From: Candidatus Poribacteria bacterium
Lineage (GTDB): Bacteria > Poribacteria > WGA-4E > WGA-3G
Length of the DNA: 64,000 nucleotides
Reading direction: 5' to 3'
Assembly: GCA_965197475.1 (NCBI GenBank)
Contig: CBDANF010000002.1
Location: 640,001 to 704,000 of the forward strand
Part shown: piece after piece, positions 1 through 9,903 of the stretch
How the letters are laid out: every line of letters begins with the position of its first letter
Position numbering within the stretch: position 1 is the stretch's first letter
The notes under the pieces: generated by a model
The model's database searches: none
What the model was told of the DNA's origin: nothing
What the model saw: the letters and a program-made list of their open reading frames with translations, nothing else
Made by a program: the position numbers and the translations under genes

Positions 1-654
1 TTGGCGTCCGAACGGCTCGGTGATGTCAAAACCGCATGGCTCTACTACAGAAAGCAGCAAACGATAAAGAACGGTGATCTCGTTGAAATACACAAACGGG
101 CGATTGAAATGGGCAACCCGTTGTATAAGCCAATTTCGCAAACATCTTCCTCGATACCAGAATCCGATGCAACACCATTAGATATCGGGACATCACCACA
201 CGAAGAAACGTTCACTCCGGTGGCAGAAGAAACCCCTTGGTTACCGGAACTCTCACCCCAGGAACGCCACCCATCGGAAAATCAACTGACAGACAAGGAT
301 AGCCAAAAAGTCGCACGCGCCGAAACCGCACGCGCCGAATTTCAACAACAACAAGCTGCCGCACAACAGGAACTTGACGAATTCCTTAAATGGGCGGAAA
401 GCATCATGAACGCGGAGGAGCCTACTGATTTCGATGACTTCCTTTCAAAGGAGTTCGCGGCACACCTCAACGGCGGCGATGCCCTATTTGAACCGGAACG
501 TACTATCCGCGCTTATGAAATGATTGAACGATACGGTCCTAAAGAGGGCTTACAACGGCTTAAAGAAAAGGACCCTAAACTTGCGGAACAGATGGAACGT
601 CTTATTGAAGCAAAACAACCATCTCGCCATAATAAGTCGCAAAACAGAAAATGA
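1..654 (+). CDS. Hypothetical protein, probably 5'-truncated by the window edge; acidic, helical C-terminus
   Basis: Frame open from base 1 to TGA at 654; no recognisable catalytic motif. Confidence 0.65.
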   Translation: MASERLGDVKTAWLYYRKQQTIKNGDLVEIHKRAIEMGNPLYKPISQTSSSIPESDATPLDIGTSPHEETFTPVAEETPWLPELSPQERHPSENQLTDKDSQKVARAETARAEFQQQQAAAQQELDEFLKWAESIMNAEEPTDFDDFLSKEFAAHLNGGDALFEPERTIRAYEMIERYGPKEGLQRLKEKDPKLAEQMERLIEAKQPSRHNKSQNRK

Positions 655-712
655 AGAATGTCCCAGTGTTTTAGATTTAACCATAAATCCATCATAGAAA
701 AAGGAGAATCAA

Positions 713-2335
713 ATGAAATTCACTTATGTTTTAATCGGCACCTTGTGCCTCCTATGCCTCTTTATTCCTGGAAACATAGGTCTCGTAGCACAACAAACAA
801 CGAGCATTCAGATTGAACAACCATATCTTGATCCAAATTGGCGACCAACAGCTTACTCTTACCTGACTATTGACATAGTCGTTACCGTACCCACCGGTTT
901 CTCCAGCGGTACGCTGGTCGCAGAACTCCAGAATGTGACAGAATACGATGGTGATTCTGGGAATACGACGTGTACAGGCCCTGGCAAACAAGATCTAACG
1001 CTACCTAAAAATACGGATTATAATGCGGGGTGGGTGAAGGATGGGAGCACACTCACGTACACCCTTAGCACTTCTGAGAGCGAGCAGACAATATCCCTTA
1101 GCATTTTCTGTACGGATTACGCCGCTTATGGCGAATTAGTATTGACTGCATCCGGCTACACATCCAACACTGTCACCCTAAAGATACCCAGAGATGAGAA
1201 CGGCAATAAAATTGCTGATGGCTGGCGAAACGATGCAACCGTGAACTATGGGCGAGATGACGATAATGATAGTGGGCCCAATTCTAAAACTGGCGATAGC
1301 ATCACTGTCCTCAACGAATATCGTGGTCTCTACGTCAACGGCACCTGGACAGATACCGACCCCGATGGCTGGGATGTCTTCGTTCGTTCCGATGTCGGCA
1401 TCGGCTATGCCAATTATTTACCTATGACTGTCTATGAAATGTCATCAACGGAGGTATGTTGGGATACCGGGCGTGTCTACCCCTTTGAAATCGCAAGAGA
1501 GAGTGGTGAAACATGGAGACATGTTTACGCCATTAGAGTTGCCGAAGACACTGCGACAGAGGACGACGATGGTGATCCCATTACATTGTTGGGTATTATG
1601 ACCTACGGACCTCCCGAAAGCGGCACAACGGGGACCATCTACACCACGAACATAACGAACGCGACAACTACATTAGGGGTGACAGATGTTTCAGGTTATA
1701 CAGATACTATCATTGCACATGAAATCGGGCACGGTGTTAATCTCGACCACTGTCCGGATTATAACCATCTGTACTGTTATATGTGGGGTTGGCCTGATGC
1801 TGTAACTCACTTTGAAAATGGATTTGACGGCCACCACGGTCAAGATTATGATTTAGTATACAACGGGGATGAACACCGTAACAGACTAAGATCTTTTGGT
1901 CCGTATCCATCTCGAGCATATAGTTCTGATAGAGGAATGTATTTACGATGTCGTGAAGATATTGATGGGGACGGTGTTGTTGATCTTTTAGACCTACTCC
2001 GGGTTGTGACAAGTGTTAGCAGCGAGATCGGATATTATGTTTCAGATGTTAACCGCGACAATGTCGTTGATATTTCAGATATGAAGCTTGTGGCAGCGGC
2101 ATTTGGGATTACGGCGTCCATATCCACAGACCTGTCTCCAGATATTAATGGGGACGGTGTTGTTGATGATGTTGACCTTGCTCTGGTTGACGCGAACATG
2201 GGTGAGAGGGGTGCAAATGATGCAGATGTTAACGGTGACTGTATTGTGAATGAAATAGATTACAACTATGTAGGTGCGTTACGCGGGCATCCTTATTGGA
2301 CACGCGGGAATACGGTTCCGTCCCCAGAAGAATAA
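713..2335 (+). CDS. Secreted zinc metallopeptidase-like protein with C-terminal dockerin/EF-hand-like repeats
   Basis: AAGGAG RBS; signal peptide; HEIGHGVNLDH (HExxHxxxxxH) followed by C-Y-M Met-turn-like motif; four D-[IV]-[ND]-x-D-x-x-V repeats. Confidence 0.8.
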   Translation: MKFTYVLIGTLCLLCLFIPGNIGLVAQQTTSIQIEQPYLDPNWRPTAYSYLTIDIVVTVPTGFSSGTLVAELQNVTEYDGDSGNTTCTGPGKQDLTLPKNTDYNAGWVKDGSTLTYTLSTSESEQTISLSIFCTDYAAYGELVLTASGYTSNTVTLKIPRDENGNKIADGWRNDATVNYGRDDDNDSGPNSKTGDSITVLNEYRGLYVNGTWTDTDPDGWDVFVRSDVGIGYANYLPMTVYEMSSTEVCWDTGRVYPFEIARESGETWRHVYAIRVAEDTATEDDDGDPITLLGIMTYGPPESGTTGTIYTTNITNATTTLGVTDVSGYTDTIIAHEIGHGVNLDHCPDYNHLYCYMWGWPDAVTHFENGFDGHHGQDYDLVYNGDEHRNRLRSFGPYPSRAYSSDRGMYLRCREDIDGDGVVDLLDLLRVVTSVSSEIGYYVSDVNRDNVVDISDMKLVAAAFGITASISTDLSPDINGDGVVDDVDLALVDANMGERGANDADVNGDCIVNEIDYNYVGALRGHPYWTRGNTVPSPEE

Positions 2336-2357
2336 CATGCTTGATACTACTCAAAAG

Positions 2358-2484
2358 GTAAGCGCGGTTTCCTAACCGCTCCATGTCATCATATACGAGG
2401 ATCGTACGCTATGCTCCATCCAGATCACAGAACACGTGTCCCGTTCTTTGGATAAGTTCGGTGCGGTTAGGAAACCGCACCTAC
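2358..2484. repeat. Inverted pair of GTAG-type REP-like palindromes
   Basis: gtaagcgcggtttcctaaccgc (2358) and ggtgcggttaggaaaccgcacctac (2460-2484); same unit at 32319-32346. Confidence 0.75.
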
Positions 2485-2537
2485 CGTGCACGGTGAACAT
2501 TTTGTACTTTCTTCTAAGCAAAAGGAGAAACTAGACA

Positions 2538-3764
2538 ATGAAAATCAAGTCATTTTTAATTTTAACTGTTTTATTTGTGAGACTCACATTTATCTCAAGC
2601 ACCTTTGCCCAAAATCTACCGCTTTGGCCGCTCCCGGAAGAAGCGAAAATACGCATTGAAATCATTGGAAGAGACGAAGGTTGGGGTAAGGGTTGGGTAA
2701 AGGATATAGCCTATTCTCCGGATAGCACAGTTCTGGCGATAGCAACTCCTGTTGGAACTTTACTCTATGACGCGCAGACAGGTAAGAAATTTGACCTGCT
2801 CACAGAGAATCCGCCTGATGTAACAAGCGTGGCGTTCAGTCCGGATGGCAAAACAATTGTAAGTAGTACTTTTTCGGGTACCATCCATCTGTGGGATGTA
2901 AACATAGGCGCACGTCTTCACACAATCAAAGCACATGAGACAGTTTTAAATAGCGTAGCGTTTAGTCCGGATGGCAGAATAATCGCAAGTGGAGGAGGAC
3001 TTTTTAACCCTACTATTCGTCTATGGGATGTTAACACAGGCGCACTTCTCCGCACAATCATAGAACCGGGTGAGATCTTAGGTAATATAATAAGCGTGGT
3101 TTTCAGTCCGGATGGAAAAACTATCGCAGGCAGTACTGTACGTAGCATCTATCTTTGGGATGCCGACACAGGAACACTCCTCCACACACTGACAGGGCAT
3201 CTGCTTCGGATCAATAGCGTGGCGTTTAGTCCGGATGGAAAAACTATCGCAAGCGGAAGTGGGGATAACACCATCCGGCTGTGGGATGTGGACACAGGAA
3301 CATCCCTCTACACGATCCTACTTAGAGGTTTTACTACCAACCATTACGGTTTCTCCAGCGTGGCGTTCAGTCCGGATGGAAAAACTATCGCAAGTACCAA
3401 TGCGGGTTTTAACCGCAATGTTCGTTTATGGGATGCAAACACAGGTAGCCTTATTCACATCTTCAATGAAGGACAGATTGGAGGACATGGTTATTGGCCC
3501 TATAGTGTTGCGTTTAGTCCGGATGGCAAGACACTCGCAAGTGGAGATAGTCTCGGTATCGTTATTTTGTGGGATGTTCTATCTATTCTACTACCCGAAG
3601 ATGTCAATAAGGACGGTGTTGTCAATATTATGGATTTAGTTGTTGTCGCGAATGCTTTTGGTGAAGCAGAACCGGATCTCAACGACGATGGAGTTGTTGA
3701 TATACTGGACTTGCTCATTGTGGCATCGGCACTTGGGAGTACGGTTCTCGCCCCTGAAGAATAG
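2538..3764 (+). CDS. Secreted WD40 beta-propeller protein with C-terminal dockerin type I domain
   Basis: RBS, signal peptide, about 7 SVAFSPDG...LWD repeats, DVNKDGVVNIMDL/DLNDDGVVDILDL. Confidence 0.9.
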   Translation: MKIKSFLILTVLFVRLTFISSTFAQNLPLWPLPEEAKIRIEIIGRDEGWGKGWVKDIAYSPDSTVLAIATPVGTLLYDAQTGKKFDLLTENPPDVTSVAFSPDGKTIVSSTFSGTIHLWDVNIGARLHTIKAHETVLNSVAFSPDGRIIASGGGLFNPTIRLWDVNTGALLRTIIEPGEILGNIISVVFSPDGKTIAGSTVRSIYLWDADTGTLLHTLTGHLLRINSVAFSPDGKTIASGSGDNTIRLWDVDTGTSLYTILLRGFTTNHYGFSSVAFSPDGKTIASTNAGFNRNVRLWDANTGSLIHIFNEGQIGGHGYWPYSVAFSPDGKTLASGDSLGIVILWDVLSILLPEDVNKDGVVNIMDLVVVANAFGEAEPDLNDDGVVDILDLLIVASALGSTVLAPEE

Positions 3765-3980
3765 TTGTGCGTTCTATCGCCATGTTTACAACAGTAGTAA
3801 TTGTAGGTTAGGTAGAGTTTGCAAAACTTATAAGTGCCAATTTTGCGCGTCAGTTTGTCGGGAAACTGCATCTACCGGTCAAAAGGTATTTAGCGCGTAA
3901 CTCTTTTCCTAAATTGACATTTATAGGTTTCATACCTTTCAAACCAATCTACACTGATAAACAAAAGGAGGAACTGGATA

Positions 3981-5195
3981 ATGAAGTTCAAATTATTTAC
4001 GATTCTTACGATCTTGTATGCGATACTTGCCTTTGCACCAAAAATACTTGCCCAAGATGCACTACCATGGCAATGGCAGCATATTCATAAACTGAAAGCC
4101 ACGAAAAAACTTATTGATATCTTTGGTAAAGACGGTACAGGTTGGGTAAGTGACATAGAGTTTTCTCCGGATGGCTCACTTTTAGTGGTGGCGAGTTCGA
4201 TTGGAATGCGTCTCTACGATGTACAGACTGGCGAGAGACTTGATCTGTTCACAGAACATACGGATTGGGTGAATAGCGTAGCGTTCAGTCCGGATGGAAA
4301 AATGATCGCAAGTGGAAATTTGGATGGAACTATTTATTTGTGGGATGTGGATACAGGCACACGCCTCCGCACAATCGCAGCACATGCAGCAAATGTATTT
4401 AGCGTGGCATTCAGTCCGGATGGGAAGTCTATTGTAAGTGGAGGGGCAGGTCTTGACTATACTATTCGTCTGTGGGATGTGGACACAGGAGCACACCTCC
4501 GCCCAATCACGGATACGCCTACGGGCTCAAGCGTGGTGTTCAGTCCGGATGGAAAAACTATCGCAAGTGGCGGTTATACAGGTAGTATCCATATTTGGGA
4601 TGTGAATACTGGACAACAATTCCTTCACATCCCCAAAGCACACTACCTGAATGTCACAGGCTTAGAGTTCAGTCCGGATGGAAAAACAATTGCAAGTGGC
4701 AGTTTCTACATTCATTTATGGGATGTGAGTACAGGAACACACCTTCATAGAATTGAAAATGGAAATCGGCATGTGTACTACACTATAGACCCTCGTATTA
4801 CTACCTACGGTGTAGCGTTCAGTCCGGATGGAAAAATGATCGCAAGTGGTAGTGTGGACGGTATGATCCGTCTGTGGAATGCAAACACAGGAGCACTTCT
4901 CAGCGAACTCATGAGTTATTCAGGACACGTCAATACCGTGACGTTTAGTCCGGATGGCAAGACACTTGCCAGTGGAGGTAGGGACGGTCCGGTGGTCTTA
5001 TGGGATGTTCTATCTATTCTACTACCCGAAGATGTCAATAAGGACGGTGTTGTCAATATTATGGATTTAGTTGTTGTCGCGAATGCTTTTGGGGAAACGA
5101 AACCGGATCTTAACGGCGATGGAGTTGCTGATATACTGGACTTGCTCATTGTGGCATCAGCATTTGGGAATACGGTTTCTGCCACTGAAGAATAG
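3981..5195 (+). CDS. Secreted WD40 beta-propeller protein with C-terminal dockerin type I domain
   Basis: AGGAGG RBS, signal peptide, about 7 WD40 repeats, duplicated dockerin motif. Confidence 0.9.
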   Translation: MKFKLFTILTILYAILAFAPKILAQDALPWQWQHIHKLKATKKLIDIFGKDGTGWVSDIEFSPDGSLLVVASSIGMRLYDVQTGERLDLFTEHTDWVNSVAFSPDGKMIASGNLDGTIYLWDVDTGTRLRTIAAHAANVFSVAFSPDGKSIVSGGAGLDYTIRLWDVDTGAHLRPITDTPTGSSVVFSPDGKTIASGGYTGSIHIWDVNTGQQFLHIPKAHYLNVTGLEFSPDGKTIASGSFYIHLWDVSTGTHLHRIENGNRHVYYTIDPRITTYGVAFSPDGKMIASGSVDGMIRLWNANTGALLSELMSYSGHVNTVTFSPDGKTLASGGRDGPVVLWDVLSILLPEDVNKDGVVNIMDLVVVANAFGETKPDLNGDGVADILDLLIVASAFGNTVSATEE

Positions 5196-5217
5196 CACGC
5201 TTAATGCCACATAAACG

Positions 5218-5301
5218 GTAGGAGCGATTTTCAAATCATGACACATTCCGTAGGAGCGATCTCCGAATCGTGACCGGTCGGGAATCGGAATTCCCTCCTA
5301 C
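5218..5301. repeat. Cluster of GTAG-type REP-like palindromes
   Basis: gtaggagcga... units and inverted ...ccctcctac; related copies at about 8975 and 22788-22840. Confidence 0.7.
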
Positions 5302-5349
5302 CTTTGTCCTGGGTTTGTAATGATTTCCATAAAAAGGAGATATTGGACA

Positions 5350-7473
5350 ATGAAGACTAAATTCCTTTTGATTTTAACCATTTTGTTTGCGGCACTTACA
5401 TTTACTCCGAACATTTTTCCGCAAGATTCACCGCAATGGCAGCTACCCGAAGGTGCGAAAATGCGCCTCGGTAAAGGACAGATACATGAGATAGCATACT
5501 CTCCAGATGGCACGCGTTTTGCGGTAGGAAGTTCTATCGGAACTTGGCTCTACGATGCGGAAACTGGTGAGGAACTTGACCTACTCACGGTGCATACGGT
5601 TGCTGTCAGAAGCGTGGCGTTCAGTCCGGATGGAAAAAAAATCGCAAGTGGCAATCAGGACAACAAAATCCGCCTATGGGATGTGAACACAAGGCAACTT
5701 CTCCACACACTTATAGGGCATACGAAAGGTGTTATTAGTATAGCGTTCAGCCCGGATGGGAAAAAAATCGCAAGTAGCAGTTGGGACGATACAATCCGTC
5801 TGTGGAATACCGACACAGGCACACCCCTTCACACACTCACAGGGCATATAGGTGTTGCAGGGCATATAGGTGCGGTCCATAGCATAGCGTTCAGCCCGGA
5901 TGGCAAAACACTCGCAAGTGGCAGCACGGACAAAACCATCCGTCTGTGGGATGTTAATACGGGACAACTTCTTCACACACTCATAGAGCATACGAATTAT
6001 GTTGTTAGTGTAGCGTTCAGCCCGGATGGGAAAACACTCGCAAGTGGCAGCACGGACAGAACCATCCGTCTGTGGGATACCGATACAGGCACACTTCTCC
6101 GCACAATCACAATCACAGAGCGTATATGGGGGATTTCACACGTCGTATTTAGTCCGGATGGCAAGACAATCGCAGGTGGCATCACGGACAAAACCATCCG
6201 TCTGTGGGATGTTGATACGGGACAACTTCTCCACACACTCATAGGGCATACGAAAAGTGTTATTAGTGTAGCGTTCAGCCCGGATGGCAAAACACTCACA
6301 AGTAGAAGTGCGGACAGAACCATCCGTCTGTGGGATACCGATACAGGAGAACCCCTCCGCACACTCACTTTGCCTTTGCATTTGTTTTTTGCCTCTACTA
6401 ACGCTGTGTTCAGTCCGGATGGGAAAACACTCGCAAGTGGCATCACGGACAAAACCATCCATCTGTGGGATGCCGACACAGGACAACTTCTCCGTACGCT
6501 CACAGGACATACGTTTTCGGTCCGCAGCATAGCGTTCAGTCCGGATGGAAAAAAACTCGTAAGTGGCGGTGAGCGCATTATCCGTCTGTGGGATATCGAC
6601 ACAGGCACACCCCTCCGCACACTCACAGGACACGCGTTTTCGGTCCGTAGCGTAGCATTCAGTCCAGATGGAAAAAAAATCGCAAGTGGCAGTACGGACA
6701 GAACCATCCGTCTGTGGGATGCGGACACAGGCACACCCCTCCGCACGCTCATAGGACATACGAATATTATCAATAGTGTAGTGTTCAGCCCGGATGGCAA
6801 GACAATCGCAAGTGGCAGTGATGATGGCACTATTCGTTTGTGGGATGCCGACACAGGCACACTTCTCCACACAATCACAGTGGAAAACCGTTTTATTAAT
6901 AGTATCGCGTTCAGTCCAGATGGGAAAAAGATCGTAAGTAACGGTCGTATCCGCACTATCCATCTGTGGGATGCCGACACAGGCACATCCCTTCAAACAA
7001 TCATACTGTCTCGAGTTCACACAGTTGGTTCGATCAATATCAAGAGTATCGCATTTAGCCCGGATGGCAGGACAATCGCAAGTGGTACTGGTTTCAATTA
7101 TGGCGGTAGACAGGGAGACAACACTATTCATCTATGGGATGCCGATACTGGAGAACATTTACGCACCTTCACAAGGCATGCATATCCTGTGGAGCACGTA
7201 ACGTTTAGTCCGGATGGAAGCACGCTCGCAAGTGTAAGTGGGGATGGTACGGTGCTCCTGTGGGATATTGCACCTTCACAACTGTCCGAAGATATTAATG
7301 GGGACGGTGTTGTGAATATTCAAGATTTAGTTGCTGTCGCGAATGCTTTTGGGGAAGCAGAACCGGATCTCAACGACGATGGTGTTGTTAATATTCAGGA
7401 CTTGGTGATTGTAGCATCAGCATTTGGGAATACGGCTACCGCCCCTAAAGACTCTGAAAACTCTGAAGAATAG
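5350..7473 (+). CDS. Secreted WD40 protein (about 14 repeats, double propeller) with C-terminal dockerin
   Basis: ATG 5350 after AAAAGGAGA; LPEGAKMRLGKG leader; highly similar repeats; dockerin tail. Confidence 0.9.
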   Translation: MKTKFLLILTILFAALTFTPNIFPQDSPQWQLPEGAKMRLGKGQIHEIAYSPDGTRFAVGSSIGTWLYDAETGEELDLLTVHTVAVRSVAFSPDGKKIASGNQDNKIRLWDVNTRQLLHTLIGHTKGVISIAFSPDGKKIASSSWDDTIRLWNTDTGTPLHTLTGHIGVAGHIGAVHSIAFSPDGKTLASGSTDKTIRLWDVNTGQLLHTLIEHTNYVVSVAFSPDGKTLASGSTDRTIRLWDTDTGTLLRTITITERIWGISHVVFSPDGKTIAGGITDKTIRLWDVDTGQLLHTLIGHTKSVISVAFSPDGKTLTSRSADRTIRLWDTDTGEPLRTLTLPLHLFFASTNAVFSPDGKTLASGITDKTIHLWDADTGQLLRTLTGHTFSVRSIAFSPDGKKLVSGGERIIRLWDIDTGTPLRTLTGHAFSVRSVAFSPDGKKIASGSTDRTIRLWDADTGTPLRTLIGHTNIINSVVFSPDGKTIASGSDDGTIRLWDADTGTLLHTITVENRFINSIAFSPDGKKIVSNGRIRTIHLWDADTGTSLQTIILSRVHTVGSINIKSIAFSPDGRTIASGTGFNYGGRQGDNTIHLWDADTGEHLRTFTRHAYPVEHVTFSPDGSTLASVSGDGTVLLWDIAPSQLSEDINGDGVVNIQDLVAVANAFGEAEPDLNDDGVVNIQDLVIVASAFGNTATAPKDSENSEE

Positions 7474-7655
7474 CACGTTTGATTTACCCGAATGGTAGGA
7501 CGGTTTTCCGCTAAATGCCAGATGCACATTTGGCGTTGATTCATTGTTCCGTATCGTTCGCTAAGCCTTTCGTTGCACGAGAGCGGATGGAAAACGCGGA
7601 GCGTGCCTGCTACCATGTTCAAATCAATCTGCAAGGAAGTATAAGGAGACACACA

Positions 7656-8918
7656 ATGAAAAACAAGGTTTTTTTGATGCTGACACTATCCATTCTCGTT
7701 TTACCCCTCAATTCTCATAGCGACTTTCCTCCGAGGACCATATTTCCTAAGGATGTACCGGGGGAGTACCCTGAACCTGTCGAAATACACATTGACGGTG
7801 CTGTAGATTACATACAATATTCACCGAATGGCAAACTATTGGCAGTAGTGACTTACCCTGGTTCCGGTCTACACCTCTACAACACACAAACTCTTGAAAA
7901 AGTTCATCATATCAAGCCTCCAGAGGGTTTTCTCAAGGAGGTAGTGGGCCTTTATTCGAAATGTATAGCGTTCAGTCCGGATGGAAAAATCCTCGTAAGC
8001 GGAAATGAAAGTAGAAATGGTAAGGGTAATATCAATTTGTGGGATGTAGCAACAGGAACACACAAGCAGATGCTCACAGCCCATTCAGAGGGTGTCTATA
8101 GCATAGCATTCAGTCCAGATGGAAAAATCCTTGCAGGTGGCGGGGTAGAAAGATTTTTCGTCTCAGATGGGGAACAATTGACTAAATTGACTATTGGGAC
8201 TATCTATTTATGGAATGCAAACACAGGGCACTTTCTTCGGCACCTCACGGTGCATGAGCTGGGTGTCGTTGGTGTCGCGTTCAGTCCTGATGGCAAAACG
8301 CTCGCAAGTGGAAATTGGGACAACACCATCCGCCTGTGGGATGTAGCAACAGGAACACACAAGCAGACACTTACAGCGAATCATAGTGGTATGCTGGGTG
8401 TATCGTTCAGTCTGGATGGTAAACTACTCGTAAGTTGGGGACAGTGGGGCGGTATCTTTTTATGGGATGCAAGCACGGGTAGTCTTCTTCACAGGCTCAC
8501 ACGTGCGACAAGTGATACGGATGGTCTTTCTGGCATCGCGTTAAGCCCGGATGGGAAGACACTCGCAAGTGCAAGTGGAGAAGGGGTCCGCTTATGGGAT
8601 GTGAATACGGGTAGTTATCTTCACAGCATGCGGGAATCTATGAATATAGACACACGTAGTGTAGCATTCAGTCCGGATGGAAGAACGCTCGCAAGCGGAA
8701 GTAGGTCCGGTACGGTATTCCTGTGGGATGTCCTACCTATTCTACTACCCGAAGATATCAATAGGGACGGTGTTGTCAATATTCAAGATTTGGTCATTGT
8801 CGCGCAGGCTTTTGGCGAAGCGGAACCCGATCTCAACGGTGATGGTGTTGTGAATATTCAGGACTTGGTGATTGTGGCATCGGCATTTGGGAATACGGCT
8901 ACCGTCCCCGAAGAATAG
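7656..8918 (+). CDS. Secreted WD40 beta-propeller protein with C-terminal dockerin
   Basis: ATG 7656 after AAGGAG (not 7515); signal peptide; WD40 repeats; dockerin tail. Confidence 0.9.
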   Translation: MKNKVFLMLTLSILVLPLNSHSDFPPRTIFPKDVPGEYPEPVEIHIDGAVDYIQYSPNGKLLAVVTYPGSGLHLYNTQTLEKVHHIKPPEGFLKEVVGLYSKCIAFSPDGKILVSGNESRNGKGNINLWDVATGTHKQMLTAHSEGVYSIAFSPDGKILAGGGVERFFVSDGEQLTKLTIGTIYLWNANTGHFLRHLTVHELGVVGVAFSPDGKTLASGNWDNTIRLWDVATGTHKQTLTANHSGMLGVSFSLDGKLLVSWGQWGGIFLWDASTGSLLHRLTRATSDTDGLSGIALSPDGKTLASASGEGVRLWDVNTGSYLHSMRESMNIDTRSVAFSPDGRTLASGSRSGTVFLWDVLPILLPEDINRDGVVNIQDLVIVAQAFGEAEPDLNGDGVVNIQDLVIVASAFGNTATVPEE

Positions 8919-9129
8919 TTGTGCAATCTACACTGTGTCGTCTGAATCGCGGATTTACGCAGATTACGCGTTTTGTAGGAGCGACCTCCTGGTCGTGACC
9001 CGGAACGTGTCATAAGCACACTTAGCGTTGATTTGGTGCATTCGGTTGATTTGACGGTTTCAAACCACGCCTACCGAACGTATAAAAAATAATGGATTTT
9101 CTATAAACTTTGCAGAGGAAAGATATATT

Positions 9130-9326
9130 ATACCAGATTAACGAGATTTATCTTATTTTTCTGGGTGACAGCGCGCTTACAAAGCGCGACTGATACCAAA
9201 TTAACCCGATTTGTAGCGCGAGGTCTCTGTGCCTCGCAATGCTGACTTTATCAAAAAAATAATAATCTCGTTAATTTGGTATAATACGCCCAAAAAAATA
9301 TAAGATAAATCCGGTTAATTTGGTAT
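9130..9326. mobile_element. Nested MITE-like elements with ATACCAAATTAAC terminal inverted repeats
   Basis: Left IRs at 9130 and 9193, right IRs at 9270-9282 and 9314-9326; same IRs at 32283-32372 and 38025-38100. Confidence 0.7.
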
Positions 9327-9381
9327 CAAATAATGTGCAATAGTTTTGCGAATTGTGGTTTTGGCAAAATATGAAAAAAAG

Positions 9382-9410
9382 TTGACAACCTCTTAGATAT
9401 CGTGTATACT
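9382..9410 (+). promoter_or_regulatory. Sigma70-type promoter of the tRNA pair
   Basis: TTGACA-N17-TATACT just upstream of tRNA-Leu. Confidence 0.75.
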
Positions 9411-9426
9411 ATTATATTATCCATTT

Positions 9427-9513
9427 GGTCGAGTGGTGGAATCGGTAGACACAATGGACTTAAAATCCATCGCCCATCAAACAGGCGTGAGGGTTCAAGT
9501 CCCTCCTCGACCA
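9427..9513 (+). tRNA. tRNA-Leu (TAA)
   Basis: GGTCGAG/CTCGACC acceptor stem, ATGGA-CTTAAAA-TCCAT anticodon arm, long variable arm, GGTTCAAGTCC T-arm. Confidence 0.95.
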
Positions 9514-9527
9514 TATTGATTCCTTAC

Positions 9528-9601
<74 letters not shown>

Positions 9602-9743
9602 TCCTCTTTTATTCCCACATATATCCCTATTTCTCATCAATATTCCGTAGTTGGGTTTCGCTGTGCTCTACTCTTATGTGTCAATTTAAGGATTGATTTT
9701 CTTGTGGGAGGGAAACCTTGTAAACCCAATTTCCTAACTCAAG

Positions 9744-9812
9744 GTAGGCGCGCTTTGTAAGCGCGCCGTTGCCAATCATGCGTTTATCGGCGCGCTTACA
9801 AAGCGCGTCTAC
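9744..9812. repeat. Inverted pair of GTAG-type REP-like palindromes
   Basis: gtaggcgcgctttgtaagcgcgcc ... ggcgcgcttacaaagcgcgtctac; same core at about 9172. Confidence 0.75.
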
Positions 9813-9903
9813 CGGGACGGGGTATTTAGCACTTAACTTTTTAAGTTGACACATAAGGATTTTGCTGCGCTCTACCCGACCTACGGAATACAATGATTTA
9901 GGA

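Noticed and set aside
5997-7131. Long antisense ORFs (329 and 331 aa) over the WD40 gene
   Set aside because: Shadow frames caused by the repetitive WD40 codon pattern; no RBS or independent motifs.
2538-8918. Diversity-generating retroelement or CRISPR array explaining the repeats
   Set aside because: No reverse transcriptase, no adenine-specific TR/VR pair, no cas genes and no constant repeat-spacer periodicity; the repeats are coding.
9326-9514. 62-aa minus-strand ORF (and 18730-18936 on the plus strand)
   Set aside because: Antisense translations of tRNA genes.
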